In this document: piece after piece, positions 35,174 to 45,572 of the stretch
Numbering within the stretch: position 1 is the stretch's first letter
Layout: every line of letters begins with the position of its first letter
Assembly (NCBI GenBank): GCA_965223545.1
Contig: OZ245006.1
Span: 800,001 to 864,000, forward strand
Reading direction: 5' to 3'
DNA: 64,000 bases
DNA from: Planctomycetota bacterium
GTDB lineage: Bacteria > Planctomycetota > UBA1135 > UBA2386
Notes under the pieces: model-generated
Told to the model about the DNA's origin: nothing
What the model saw: only the letters and a program-made list of their open reading frames with translations
Database searches by the model: none
Position numbers and translations under genes: made by a program

Positions 35174-37267
35174 ATGGCGAGGGTGAGCGAAGTCCCACGC
35201 GACCTCGAATCGTCGGCACTTACAATCGGCCAGTTGTTCGGAATTCTGCGACGCGGTTGGTGGCTGGTGGCCGCAACGGCCATCCTCGGCACGGGTCTGG
35301 GCTACTGGCACACCAAGAGGCGTGGCTCCGTCTGGCGCGCGAGCAGCCTCGTCTACGTCGAGCGAGACCGCCCTTCGCTGGTCGGGGACCCAAGTGTGTC
35401 TTTCGCCAGCGGCGCACGCAACTACGCCGACACTCAGCAGCTGCTGATGATCTCCGCGCCGCAGCTTGCAGCGTCACTTGCACTGGCGCGACAAGACGCG
35501 GCATGGAGTGAGGATGTCTTTCAGGGCAGTATGAACGCGATCGCGTGGTTGAAGAAGAACCTCTTGGCCAACGCTGGCCAAGATGACGGGACCATCCAGC
35601 TGCGATTGGACTCTCCCCACCGCGATGCAGCCTGCGTCATGCTCAACGCGGTCGTCGACTCGTTTGTCCGGTTCCACGAAGAGCAGGCCCAAACGTCGAC
35701 CGGAGCTACCTATCGGCAGCTGACCCGCGAGAAGGACCGGTTGGACGGAGAGTATGCAGCCAAGCTGCAGGCGATCCGTGAGCTCGCCGCACCACAGGGC
35801 CAAGCCGGGGGTCGGACACCGCAGGAGGTCGCGTGGGACGCCTGGCAGAGACTCGGCAACGAGCTCAGCCTGGCCGAGGCCGAGGCGCGCACCGCGGCGC
35901 AGCTGTGGCAGTCCGCCAAGGATTTCGGCGATGACCCAGAGGCGCTCCGCCAACTTCTTCCCGTGTTCGGTGGTGGCACCACCTTACCCGCGCCGACCGC
36001 GAGCCGCCGCGAACTCGAGGCCCAGCACGCAGCGGCGGTTGCCGAGTTCTCGGCGGAGCATCCGACCGTCCTTGCCCTCGAGCGGGCGATCGCGGAGCTG
36101 GACGCCCAGGAACAGCGGCTCGCGACACAGTACGTCGCCGCGTTGGCACGACGAGCGACGATGCTCGAACAGCGGCACGCCTCTCTGAGCTCGCGGTCCG
36201 AGCAGTTGGAGGCCGAAATCGCCCGCCTCGTCGACACCGACGCGCAGCGCGATTTGCTGACGGCCGAAGCCGAACAGATCCGCGAAGCGCTTCAGACGGT
36301 CGGCTCTCTGATGCAAAACGTCAACCTCGGTGACGTGAGCGGCGCAGCCACTGTTCACGTCCTCGAGCGAGCGTCACCGGACAATTCGCTCGACGTTTCC
36401 AACAGCTTGCTGCGCATTGCCGCGCTCGGCCTCGTCGGGTTGATTGCCGGGCTCGGGTTGGCGTGGGTACGCGGCTTGATGGACCAACGAATCCGCGATG
36501 AGAGCAGCGCCCTGGCACTCGGCCTGCCGTTACTCGGGGTCCTGCCGCGCCAGTCCCGTCGCCACAGCGTCTCGGCCGCCGCGCGGCTATCGGAAGAGCC
36601 TGCCGACCGAGAGGCCTTCCGCCGATTGTCTGCGGCCGTGGAGCAGCATCTTCCGACCACGTCGCCCCGCACACTCTTGGTCGCCGCTGTAGATGACCCG
36701 GCCAGTGCCCACCTCGCGGCAGCCGCCTTGGGCGTCACGTTCGCGCGTCAACGGCGGTCGACCCTGGTCATCGACACCGATCTCGACAACCCCCAGCAGC
36801 ACCGCCTGCTCGAGGCGGCCCAATCACACGGCCTCGCAGCCTTGATCGACGGCAACCCAACCGCCGGACAGGTCAGCGAGACCGCTATCCACGGACTGCA
36901 TCTGCTGGGCGAAAGCCAGCCGCTCGCACACACGACAACACTCCACGCAGGCGACCTGCAACGCGTCCGGCAGGAACTCAGCCAAGAGTACGACATGATC
37001 ATCGTGGTCACCGCACCGACCGCCTCCAGCGCAACCGCAGCCGTGCTGGCACCGGCAACCGACGCGATTGTGCTTTGCGTGCACGCCCAAAAGACCCCCA
37101 CGCCTGCCGCGCGGCGCGGCGTCGAGGATCTTCGCCGAGCTGGGGCCACACGCCTCGGCACCGTGCTCGATGGCGTACCCCGCCCACGCAGCGCTTCGTC
37201 ATCTCGACGACACCCGAAGCCCACGCAACACGTCACCGGCGGCGTTCCGGCGAAGGGCCGCGCATGA
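35174..37267 (+). CDS. Polysaccharide co-polymerase (Wzc/GumC-like) with a degenerate kinase domain
   Basis: Wzz-like TM1, coiled coil with HPTV, TM2, DQRIRD...LGLPLLGVLP, then a CapB-like fold lacking GK[ST]. Confidence 0.85.
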   Translation: MARVSEVPRDLESSALTIGQLFGILRRGWWLVAATAILGTGLGYWHTKRRGSVWRASSLVYVERDRPSLVGDPSVSFASGARNYADTQQLLMISAPQLAASLALARQDAAWSEDVFQGSMNAIAWLKKNLLANAGQDDGTIQLRLDSPHRDAACVMLNAVVDSFVRFHEEQAQTSTGATYRQLTREKDRLDGEYAAKLQAIRELAAPQGQAGGRTPQEVAWDAWQRLGNELSLAEAEARTAAQLWQSAKDFGDDPEALRQLLPVFGGGTTLPAPTASRRELEAQHAAAVAEFSAEHPTVLALERAIAELDAQEQRLATQYVAALARRATMLEQRHASLSSRSEQLEAEIARLVDTDAQRDLLTAEAEQIREALQTVGSLMQNVNLGDVSGAATVHVLERASPDNSLDVSNSLLRIAALGLVGLIAGLGLAWVRGLMDQRIRDESSALALGLPLLGVLPRQSRRHSVSAAARLSEEPADREAFRRLSAAVEQHLPTTSPRTLLVAAVDDPASAHLAAAALGVTFARQRRSTLVIDTDLDNPQQHRLLEAAQSHGLAALIDGNPTAGQVSETAIHGLHLLGESQPLAHTTTLHAGDLQRVRQELSQEYDMIIVVTAPTASSATAAVLAPATDAIVLCVHAQKTPTPAARRGVEDLRRAGATRLGTVLDGVPRPRSASSSRRHPKPTQHVTGGVPAKGRA

Positions 37268-38313
37268 GTGGCAGGGAACTTGTTGGCCAGCAACTCCCGC
37301 TCGGGCTAGCGGCGATCGCGTGGCTTGCCGGTGCGTGCATGCTCGGCACCAGCCACTGGCCCTCCAGCGAGATCCTGGCACGTTTCAATGCCGCTGGCCC
37401 CATCGCCCCGGAGCTCGATGCCTCGTATCACGCGGTGCCGTTACCGGCGACGAGCGCATACCGAATCGGCGACGGGGACCTTCTCCAGGTAACCGTACGG
37501 CGCAGGTTCGGCTCCGCCGCGGAGGACGCCCCTGTCCGCACCCGAGTCGACGCCAAAGGGAATCTGAGCCTGCCACTCGTGGGGCAAATTCCAAGCCGTG
37601 GTCTCACATTGGCGCAGCTCGAGCAGCACCTGACCGCAGCTCTCCACCCGCGCTACCTCCGCAACCGCCCTACCGTCGTCGCCGAACTCGTCGACGCGAA
37701 TCGCCAACGGGTCGCGGTCGTCGGTGCCGTACAGGCCCCAGGCGTACACGATCTCCGCTCCGACCAGCTCACCTTGTTTGATGCCCTCGCGGCCGCGGGA
37801 GGCATCATTCGCGGCGATCGAGGGCGCGCCGGGGCTCACCGCATCCGCGTCCGGCAGCCGGAGGGTCGTGAGCAGGCGACCGTTTCACTTCCCGTGCGCG
37901 GCATGGATGTGCCACACACGAACCTCCGCCTCAGCGGCGGCGAAACCGTCGAAGTCGAACGCTGGAGTCCGGCATTGTTCACCGTCGTGGGCTTGGTGCG
38001 CAACCCCGGTGCATTCGAGTACCCACCGGGGGCTGCGTACAATTTGATGCAGGCGTTGGCCATCGCTGGTGGAGTCGACCCACTTGCCGCGCCCCCATAT
38101 GCGACCGTGTTCCGCACCGAGCCGTCCGGCGAGATCCTGCCGGTCACCTTCTCCATTCACGGTGCGGATCTGGTGCAAGCGTCCAGCATCGAGATCCGGC
38201 CCGGGGACGTAATCGCCGTACAGCACACCGTTGGCTCGTGGACCCGCTCCCTGTTGGCGGCAGTCACTCGTATGCAAGTCAACTTCCTGGTCGACCCGTT
38301 TGACACGCGATGA
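37264..38313 (+). CDS. wza: Polysaccharide export protein (Wza/OPX family) with SLBB domains
   Basis: Lipobox-like LAGAC, YRIGDGDLLQV, RVDAKGNLSLPLVGQI..RGLT, VVGAVQAPG, LFDALAAAGG, IRPGDVI. Confidence 0.9.
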   Translation: MSGRELVGQQLPLGLAAIAWLAGACMLGTSHWPSSEILARFNAAGPIAPELDASYHAVPLPATSAYRIGDGDLLQVTVRRRFGSAAEDAPVRTRVDAKGNLSLPLVGQIPSRGLTLAQLEQHLTAALHPRYLRNRPTVVAELVDANRQRVAVVGAVQAPGVHDLRSDQLTLFDALAAAGGIIRGDRGRAGAHRIRVRQPEGREQATVSLPVRGMDVPHTNLRLSGGETVEVERWSPALFTVVGLVRNPGAFEYPPGAAYNLMQALAIAGGVDPLAAPPYATVFRTEPSGEILPVTFSIHGADLVQASSIEIRPGDVIAVQHTVGSWTRSLLAAVTRMQVNFLVDPFDTR

Positions 38314-39596
38314 CCGCGGGCACAGTCGTCGACACCGCCGGTTTCTCGTACCGAGACGCGAGCCTCGCCGCCGGCCTCGGCGCGTGCTTTCTCCTGCTCC
38401 CGGTCTACCTGGGCCCTTCGGGGGGAATCCAAGTCGTCGACATCGCGATGCTTGCCACAGGCGGGCTCTTGGTGATGACCAACCTCTTGGCTGTGCCGCG
38501 CAGCCTACGGCACCTCCTCACAGCCCTGGCGCTGTTTTCCGTGTGGATGGTGTGCGTCGATCTGGTGCAGTTTGCCCGAACGGGCAGCAAGACGCACATC
38601 GTCGGTGTCATGCAGCGCGCGATGCCACTCGTAGCGTTTGCGATCTACAGCGCCGCGTTTCACTGGCAGATGCGCGACCGACGAAGAGGCGATTGGCTTT
38701 ACCTATGCCTTGCGTTCAGCGTCGTCGCCTCCCTTGTATTCCCCAGCAATGCCCCCGACACCTACGTTCACCGCAGGTCGCTGTCGTTCAACAACCCCAA
38801 TCAGCTGGCATATTTTTCCACGCTCATGCTCGTGGCGTTGGTCGCGCTCGACGTGCGGCGTTGCATCCTCTGTCCACCACCGAACAACCGCGGCATGTTC
38901 GCCCGCGTCACGGGTCGCCTGATCGTAGTCGTAGGGGCGAACGTCGCGGCGCTCCTGTCTCTCAGCCGCTCCGGCATTCCATCGTGCATCGCTCTGGACG
39001 CGCTCCTTCTCTGGCTATGGCTGCGCGGCGGCAACGCGCGTAGCCTGATGCTATTCGCCGCCACGGCCACGCTAGCGGCGGGGCTCTACTTCGCCTCTAA
39101 TCCCGACAGCCTTGCTCGGATCACCGACACCGACCACATCGCCGCGATGCTGCGTCGCTTCGACCACGAAAAGATCGCGGAGGATTCCGGACGCCGTGTT
39201 CACGACCGCATCTCGGAGCACATTCAGGCGCGCGGGGTTGCCACTTTGCTGACCGGGACCGGCAAAATCACCGCGACGTCCGTGAAGGACGACGGCGAGC
39301 AGATCCAGGAGTTGCACAGCGTCCTATTCGACGTCACGTTCTCCGGGGGTGTCATCGGCCTCGTCCTGCTTCTGAATCTGGCGCGATGCGTGATTCGGCT
39401 GCCGATGCCACTACGACCCCGCTCGACTTACCTCGCCACGCTGCTGCTCTGGATCCCGATCGTCGGCTACAACCTACTGCACAACGGCCTGCGGTTTCGC
39501 GCGCTGTGGGTAGTAATGGCGCTGTGGTGTGTCGTGGTTAGCACCTCGATCGAGACATGCGGGGGCAGGCAGCGCGTTCGGGAGAGGTCTCCATGA
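38310..39596 (+). CDS. Wzy/O-antigen ligase-like polymerase
   Basis: About 10-11 TMs, SFNNPNQLA, SLSRSG, ELHS...GGVIGL. Located within the EPS operon. Confidence 0.75.
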   Translation: MTAGTVVDTAGFSYRDASLAAGLGACFLLLPVYLGPSGGIQVVDIAMLATGGLLVMTNLLAVPRSLRHLLTALALFSVWMVCVDLVQFARTGSKTHIVGVMQRAMPLVAFAIYSAAFHWQMRDRRRGDWLYLCLAFSVVASLVFPSNAPDTYVHRRSLSFNNPNQLAYFSTLMLVALVALDVRRCILCPPPNNRGMFARVTGRLIVVVGANVAALLSLSRSGIPSCIALDALLLWLWLRGGNARSLMLFAATATLAAGLYFASNPDSLARITDTDHIAAMLRRFDHEKIAEDSGRRVHDRISEHIQARGVATLLTGTGKITATSVKDDGEQIQELHSVLFDVTFSGGVIGLVLLLNLARCVIRLPMPLRPRSTYLATLLLWIPIVGYNLLHNGLRFRALWVVMALWCVVVSTSIETCGGRQRVRERSP

Positions 39597-40786
39597 CGGT
39601 CGCGGCGCCAACTTGTCTGGGGGCCACTCCGGTGACGGTGACGTTCGTCGGTGGCGCCGATCTCCACTTGCGCATCCCACTGATACACGCCCTAGCGGAA
39701 CGCGACATCCGGGTTTCGGTGATCGCGACTGCCGGCCGTGAGAGGTTCGAGGCCGAGCACATTCGGTTCTATCCATCCGGCATGGGTCGCGGTGTCACGC
39801 CATGGAGAGACGCCCGATTGCTTTTTCGGATGCGCCGGCTGATGGAGTCGACCGCCCCTGACCTCGTCCACGGTTTCGGCACCAAGCCGGCGCTTCTGGT
39901 CCCGCTAGCAACCGCTCCACAATCCGACTTTCGCGCCGTCCGCACGGTCGCCGGCCGCGGCCGCCTGTTCTCCGACCCGTCGCTGAAACTTGCTCCGTTT
40001 CGCCTTGTCCACGACCGGATGCAACGCCGAGCGTCGCGCCGCGCCACGGCAACGGTGTTTCAGAACAGTGACGATCAGGCTCATTTTCTCGCTCGGGGCC
40101 TCGTCGACCCCGACAAGGCCATCCTGATCCGCGGCTCGGGGATCGACGGGGCTTTGGTGCGCGCAGCAGCGGAGCGGGCTGCTGCGTCGCCCCCACCATG
40201 GCCAATTGGCAACCCGCGGCCCTTCGTCGCGCTCATGGTGGCCCGACTGCTCTGGTCGAAGGGCGTGGGCGAGTTCCTCACGGCCGCCGAAATGCTCCCG
40301 GCGAACAAGTTCCTGTGCGTCCTCGCCGGCCCGGTGGCTGAGCAGGGCCGCAGCGCCGCACGCATGGAGCACGCGATTTCGGCGGCCCCCGTTACCTATC
40401 TGGGACGACGCGAGGATGTCGCCGGCCTGATGCGCGCGGCCGACGCCACGGTCTTACCCACCTACTACGGCGAGGGAGTGCCACGAGTGCTCCTTGAAGC
40501 CGCGGTGCTCGGCTCGCCGATCGTCACGACGGACTACCCTGGCTGTCGCGATGTCGTCGCCGGCGGCACAGCGGGGACGGTGATCCCGGCCCGCGATGCC
40601 AGCGCCCTGGCGCAGGCACTGCAGACGTTGCGCGGCGATCGCGAACGCGCGGCGACAATGGCATCGGCCGCGCGCTCCCTCGTGGAGCGAGAGTTCAGTC
40701 TGCAAGCCGTCGCCGATGCACACGCCGCGCTGTACCGGCGGCTCGTGCATGCGCGAAGACCAGGAATGGTCCCGAAGGGACAGTGA
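39593..40786 (+). CDS. Glycosyltransferase family 4 (CapM-like)
   Basis: VFQNSDD, GSGID, MVARLLWSKGVGEF, LPTYYGEGVPRVLLEAA, TTDYPGCRDVV. Confidence 0.92.
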   Translation: MTVAAPTCLGATPVTVTFVGGADLHLRIPLIHALAERDIRVSVIATAGRERFEAEHIRFYPSGMGRGVTPWRDARLLFRMRRLMESTAPDLVHGFGTKPALLVPLATAPQSDFRAVRTVAGRGRLFSDPSLKLAPFRLVHDRMQRRASRRATATVFQNSDDQAHFLARGLVDPDKAILIRGSGIDGALVRAAAERAAASPPPWPIGNPRPFVALMVARLLWSKGVGEFLTAAEMLPANKFLCVLAGPVAEQGRSAARMEHAISAAPVTYLGRREDVAGLMRAADATVLPTYYGEGVPRVLLEAAVLGSPIVTTDYPGCRDVVAGGTAGTVIPARDASALAQALQTLRGDRERAATMASAARSLVEREFSLQAVADAHAALYRRLVHARRPGMVPKGQ

Positions 40787-41784
40787 CCATGAAGTGGTGC
40801 ATTACAGGGGGCTGTGGTTTCATCGGCTCCAACCTCGTCGCCAAGCTGGTCGCCAATGGACAGACGGTGCGCGTGCTCGACGACCTTTCGGTCGGTGACC
40901 GCGCAGTACTGCAGAGGATCTCGCCCGTGAAGGAGTGCGCTGCCGGCGACACCTCCACCATGATCGACCGGGCCGACGTTGTCGAGCTCGCCGTAGGCGA
41001 TATCTGCAACGAATCCGACATCGCTCGTTCCGTGCTCGGTGCCGACATTGTTGTACACTTGGCGGCCAATACGGGAGTCGCGCCATCGGTCGAGGACCCG
41101 CGACGAGACTGTGAAGCGAACGTCCTGGGCACACTCAACGCACTCGAGGCGGCGCGCGCCAGCGGCGTACGGCGATTCGTGTTCGCCTCCAGCGGCGCTC
41201 CATTGGGCGAAGTCGAACCGCCGATCCATGAACGCCTGGCTCCACGACCTGTCTCGCCGTACGGCGCCAGCAAGCTCGCTGGCGAAGCCTACTGCTCGGC
41301 CTACTACCGCAGCTTTGGCCTGGAGACGGTCGCGTTGCGGTTTGGCAACGTCTACGGACCCGGCTCACCGCACAAGTCGAGCGTAGTGGCCAAGTTCATC
41401 ACTCGAGCCGCGCGCGGGCTCCCGCTTCAAGTGTTCGGCGACGGCAGCCAAACGCGCGACTTCGTCTACGTGCTCGACCTGCTCGAGGCGATCCTGCGCG
41501 CAGCCAAAGTCGACGGAATCGGCGGAGAGTTGTTCCAGATCGCCACCAGCCGCGAAACGTCGGTGCACGAGCTCGTGCAGGCCTTGGCTCCGGTTCTACG
41601 CGACGCCGGCTTCGGCGACCTTGCGATCGAGCACGGTGAGCCACGCGTTGGCGACGTCGCCCGCAACTACGCCGACACCAGCAAGGCCCGCGACATCTTG
41701 GGTTGGAGCGCGAAGATGGAGCTGGCGAGCGGTCTTCGAGAGACAGTCCGGTGGTTCGTGGCCCAGCGCGACGACTGCGATTGA
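40783..41784 (+). CDS. NAD-dependent nucleotide-sugar epimerase/dehydratase (GalE-like extended SDR)
   Basis: ITGGCGFIGSNL, HLAA, PVSPYGASK, LRFGNVYGP, GDGSQTRDFVYV. Confidence 0.92.
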   Translation: MTMKWCITGGCGFIGSNLVAKLVANGQTVRVLDDLSVGDRAVLQRISPVKECAAGDTSTMIDRADVVELAVGDICNESDIARSVLGADIVVHLAANTGVAPSVEDPRRDCEANVLGTLNALEAARASGVRRFVFASSGAPLGEVEPPIHERLAPRPVSPYGASKLAGEAYCSAYYRSFGLETVALRFGNVYGPGSPHKSSVVAKFITRAARGLPLQVFGDGSQTRDFVYVLDLLEAILRAAKVDGIGGELFQIATSRETSVHELVQALAPVLRDAGFGDLAIEHGEPRVGDVARNYADTSKARDILGWSAKMELASGLRETVRWFVAQRDDCD

Positions 41785-41788
41785 GGAG

Positions 41789-43255
41789 TCAGCCAATTGC
41801 GCCCCGCCCACTCAAGCGGCGGATCAACCACAATCCGGCATCTCCCAGCACCCAAGCCGGCCGCCAGGCAGCAGCGGTAGCCGTGAGCACGAGCGGTGCC
41901 GCGATCGCGCCGAGCAGAACCCATGCTGGTGCCGCCTGCACACCACGCAGCAACTCCGCGACCCACCAGGCAACCACAACCTGCCCGGCGGCGAGAACCA
42001 AGCCACGTACGTGCGCAGCGCCGAATCGGGCCCACCCGACCGCAATCGCACGCAGGCTCAGACCGGCCATCATCAGATAATTGAGCAGCAATGCGCCGAC
42101 GATGCCGAGGGCAACACCTGCGACACCCGCCCGCGTTCCGAGGTAGGCGCCCACGAAAACGGACACCGCGAATACGGCCTGTCGCCACGCACGCCGATAC
42201 ACGTCGCCCGTTGCCCGCGCCAACGAATCGCTGATCTTGTAGCCGGTACGGCACACAAGCCCGGCCATCAGGATCTGAAACGGCAGCACGACGTCCTGCC
42301 AACCATCGCCCAAGAGCGTGACAACCACTTCGGGTCCGAGCACTACGCCAAGCGCGCCCGCCGGCGCAATCACCATGACCACAAGACCGATGCCCCTCAG
42401 GTACGCGCGCGCCAACCGATCTCGGTCGTTCTGGAACCGTGACATCACCGGGAACAAGACGCGGTCGATCACCTCCCCCAGAAACATCGCGGGCATCGCC
42501 ATGATCTGGTACGCACGGCTGTAGACTCCGAGATCGGTCGCCGACATCCACTTGCCGACGACGAAGTTGTCGCCCTGCGATGCCGCGTAGCTGAACAACC
42601 GCGCGATCACGAACCCGCTACCGAAGTAGAGCAGATCTCGGGCCGCGGCCGCGTCGATTCGCAGTGAACGCTGGTGGGGACGCGCGGCCAGCAGCATTGC
42701 CGTCTTGATCATCACCTGAGCCAGGTGAGCGACAACCAGCGACCACACACCAAACCCGCAAACCGCCATGACGACACCGAACGGAACGTAGCCCGCGACA
42801 TTGGAGGCGGCCTCAGCCGCCGCGATCGGCCTCAGCTGCAGGTCCCGATGCAGCAGAGACTGCGGCACGACGCTCAGGGTCTGGATGACGAGGGCAGCGG
42901 ATAGCGCCCGCATCACCTCTACCAGGCCATCCATCCCGAAGAAGCCGGCCGCTGCAGGAGCGATTCCCCACAGAACCGCGGTCAACAACACAGCGGCGTA
43001 GAGGGACAGAGCAAAAGCGGTGCTGACGTGCTCGGCGCGAAGCTGATCGCGTTGGATCAACGCCGGCCCAATGACCGCCTGGGTGAGAGTGCGCCCCAGC
43101 CCGAGTGCGATCTGCGTCGCGGTGACCAGACCGAACTCCGCCGCCGACAGGTAGCGGCCGAGCACCGCGAGCACGGTGAGCTGCGCCAAACCCTGGGCAC
43201 CCAGGCCAAGCGAAGCCCAACTCAACCACCGAGCACTCTGGGATAGCGCGTTCAT
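41789..43255 (-). CDS. wzx: Polysaccharide flippase (Wzx/WzxC-like)
   Basis: LGRYLSAAEFG, ALIQR, GFGVWSLV, DNFVVGK...LGVYSRAY, VLFPVMSRFQ; ~12 TMs. Confidence 0.9.
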   Translation of the reverse strand: MNALSQSARWLSWASLGLGAQGLAQLTVLAVLGRYLSAAEFGLVTATQIALGLGRTLTQAVIGPALIQRDQLRAEHVSTAFALSLYAAVLLTAVLWGIAPAAAGFFGMDGLVEVMRALSAALVIQTLSVVPQSLLHRDLQLRPIAAAEAASNVAGYVPFGVVMAVCGFGVWSLVVAHLAQVMIKTAMLLAARPHQRSLRIDAAAARDLLYFGSGFVIARLFSYAASQGDNFVVGKWMSATDLGVYSRAYQIMAMPAMFLGEVIDRVLFPVMSRFQNDRDRLARAYLRGIGLVVMVIAPAGALGVVLGPEVVVTLLGDGWQDVVLPFQILMAGLVCRTGYKISDSLARATGDVYRRAWRQAVFAVSVFVGAYLGTRAGVAGVALGIVGALLLNYLMMAGLSLRAIAVGWARFGAAHVRGLVLAAGQVVVAWWVAELLRGVQAAPAWVLLGAIAAPLVLTATAAAWRPAWVLGDAGLWLIRRLSGRGAIG

Positions 43256-43339
43256 CGGAAAACGCCCCGGCCGTCGACTCCGATCATCGAATCTGATGCA
43301 CAGGCGACCGACGCCACGCCCCCAGGCTGTCGTTGGGCA

Positions 43340-44164
43340 TCATGCCGAGACCGCCGTGCCAACACGATAGAGGCTGGTCCGCGCACAAATGAAGAGCTGG
43401 TCCCGACAGTCCCCACCAAACGCCAGGTTGGCCGGTCGTTCGGGAAGCGCTAGTTGCAAAACGCGGCGACCACCAGGGGCGAACACTTCCACACCACGCA
43501 TGGCGGCGATCCACAGGTTGCCATCACCGTCGCAGCGCAGACCGTCTGGGCGCTCGGCGGAGCAATACACTTCGCCCCCATTGAGCGTGGTGCCGTATGT
43601 GAAGCGGCGAACGTGCCCGCGTTCCGTATCGGCGACGTAGAGTTCTGATCCATCTGGCGAGAAGCAGAGACCGTTGGGCTTCTCGAAGTCGTCGACGAGC
43701 AGCGTCACCGTCATCTCATCGGCCTCGACGCGGTAGACCCCCTGAAAGTCCAGCTCGCGCTCGCGATTCGGCACACCGTACGGAGGATCGGTGAACACAC
43801 ACGTGGCCCGGTCGACCGGGACGACATCGTTGGGGCTGTTGAGTCGCCGTCCTCCAAAGTGGGTCGCCAGTGCTGCGATTACGCCATCGCCGCCCGTAAC
43901 GCTGACCCGTCGCGTCTCGTGCTCGCAGGTCAGGAGGCGCCCGCCCCGGTCGACCGAGTTGCCGTTTGCCTGGCCACTCGGTACCCGCACGCGCCTCGGC
44001 CCAGCATCGCGCCACAGCCACAGCTCGGAGGCCGGGATGTCGCTGAACACCAAGCCGGGGCCCCTGTCGCCGCTCAGGCCGAGCGGGTTCTCCACCCACA
44101 CGGGCCCCTCCAAGAAGCCAAAGCCATGGGCCAATCGCTCCACCGGTCCCGAGACTAGAGACAC
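43340..44164 (-). CDS. SMP-30/gluconolactonase family protein
   Basis: FLEGPVW, LVFSDIP, NG..D..GRLLTCEH, RLNSPNDVV, FTDPPYG, PNGLCFSPD, PDGLRCD. Confidence 0.92.
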   Translation of the reverse strand: MSLVSGPVERLAHGFGFLEGPVWVENPLGLSGDRGPGLVFSDIPASELWLWRDAGPRRVRVPSGQANGNSVDRGGRLLTCEHETRRVSVTGGDGVIAALATHFGGRRLNSPNDVVPVDRATCVFTDPPYGVPNRERELDFQGVYRVEADEMTVTLLVDDFEKPNGLCFSPDGSELYVADTERGHVRRFTYGTTLNGGEVYCSAERPDGLRCDGDGNLWIAAMRGVEVFAPGGRRVLQLALPERPANLAFGGDCRDQLFICARTSLYRVGTAVSA

Positions 44165-44240
44165 CGGACAGTCCCCAGACAGAGCGCCGTGCGTTCGCGA
44201 CCGGGGCTACCGACGTCGGACCTTTGCCAAGGGTTCATCC

Positions 44241-45572
44241 ATGGTAAACTACCTACACCGTATCGCCTTCTCCACCTTGCGTGGTTCTCGCAACGCCAAC
44301 GACTCCCCACGAGGGCGCGCCCCAACTCCGGACACGCCCGCGCCGGACCGCCCCGCGGTCGTCGTGCTCGACCTGCAGGGCGCCGTAGGCCTGCAAACCG
44401 CAAGAATCTTGAGCTTTCGAGGTGTCCCGGTGATCGGCATCGGCGAGCCCGGCAAGCCCTTCTGTCGCACGCGAGTGTGCCAGAAGGTCATCACGACGGA
44501 CATGAAGTCCGACGCGCCGCTTGCCGTGCTTCGCGAACTCGGCGCCTCGCTGCCACAGCGCGCAGTGCTCGTCCCATGCACCGACCGCAGCGTCCTGCTC
44601 GTGTCCCGTCACCGCGTTGACCTGGAGCCCGCGTTCCACATCGTGATGCCGCCCAGCGAGGTCATGGAAGTCCTCATTGACAAGGCGCGCTTCTACGAGT
44701 TCGCAAAGCGGCACGGCCTGCCGGTTCCCGCCACACACTTCATCACTTCGCTCGACGACCTCCGACACCTGCGCAGGAGCGTCCGTTTCCCCTGTGTCGT
44801 GAAACCCACCGTCCGAGACCATCGCTGGTCTCGAAAGGCCGGTTGGAAGGTAAAGACAGCGGCCGATCAAGCCGAGCTAGAAGGAGTGTGCGCCACGGCA
44901 TTTCAGTGGGCAGATACGTTGATCGTGCAGGACTGGATCGACGGCGACGAGACCCAGCTCTACTCGTGCAACGCCTACTTTGACGCAGCGTCACGGCCCC
45001 TCGCCACATGCGTCGCCCGCAAGCTGAGGCAGTGGCCACCACACACCGGCTCCAGCAGCCTGGGAGTGGAGTGGCGCAACGACGAAGTCCGACAGACTTG
45101 CATCGACGTTTTCCAGGCAGCTCGCTTTCGCGGGCTCGCCTACCTCGAGATGAAGCGGGGGCCGGACGGCCGCCATTGGATCATCGAACCCAACGTCGCC
45201 CGGCCAACGGGACGCTCTGCCATCGCCGAAGCCAGCGGTGTCGAGCTACTGTACACTATGTATTGCGACGCCCTCGGCCGGTCTCTCCCCGCGCAGCGTG
45301 AGCAGCACTATCGCGGCGTCAAGTGGATGCACTTTCGCTGGGACCTACAAGCCGCAATCGTGCTGTGGTCGCGCGGTGAGCTGGGGCTGCGCGACTGGTG
45401 GCGCTCTTGGCGCGGCAAGAAGGCCCACGCAGTGTTCTCGTGGCGTGACCCGCTGCCGTTCGTACTCGACCTGTGGCACGCGCTGCGCAGCTCGGTAACC
45501 GGCAAGGGACGCGCGTTTCTTTCCCGCTTGAGGCATCCGCAACCTTCGCTGCGAGACAACAGCGCATGCTGA
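44241..45572 (+). CDS. ATP-grasp carboxylate-amine ligase (D-aspartate-ligase-like)
   Basis: LVPCTD, DKARFYEFA..HGLPVPAT, FPCVVKP, LIVQDWIDG, RKLRQWP, RGLAYLEMK, IEPN. Confidence 0.85.
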   Translation: MVNYLHRIAFSTLRGSRNANDSPRGRAPTPDTPAPDRPAVVVLDLQGAVGLQTARILSFRGVPVIGIGEPGKPFCRTRVCQKVITTDMKSDAPLAVLRELGASLPQRAVLVPCTDRSVLLVSRHRVDLEPAFHIVMPPSEVMEVLIDKARFYEFAKRHGLPVPATHFITSLDDLRHLRRSVRFPCVVKPTVRDHRWSRKAGWKVKTAADQAELEGVCATAFQWADTLIVQDWIDGDETQLYSCNAYFDAASRPLATCVARKLRQWPPHTGSSSLGVEWRNDEVRQTCIDVFQAARFRGLAYLEMKRGPDGRHWIIEPNVARPTGRSAIAEASGVELLYTMYCDALGRSLPAQREQHYRGVKWMHFRWDLQAAIVLWSRGELGLRDWWRSWRGKKAHAVFSWRDPLPFVLDLWHALRSSVTGKGRAFLSRLRHPQPSLRDNSAC

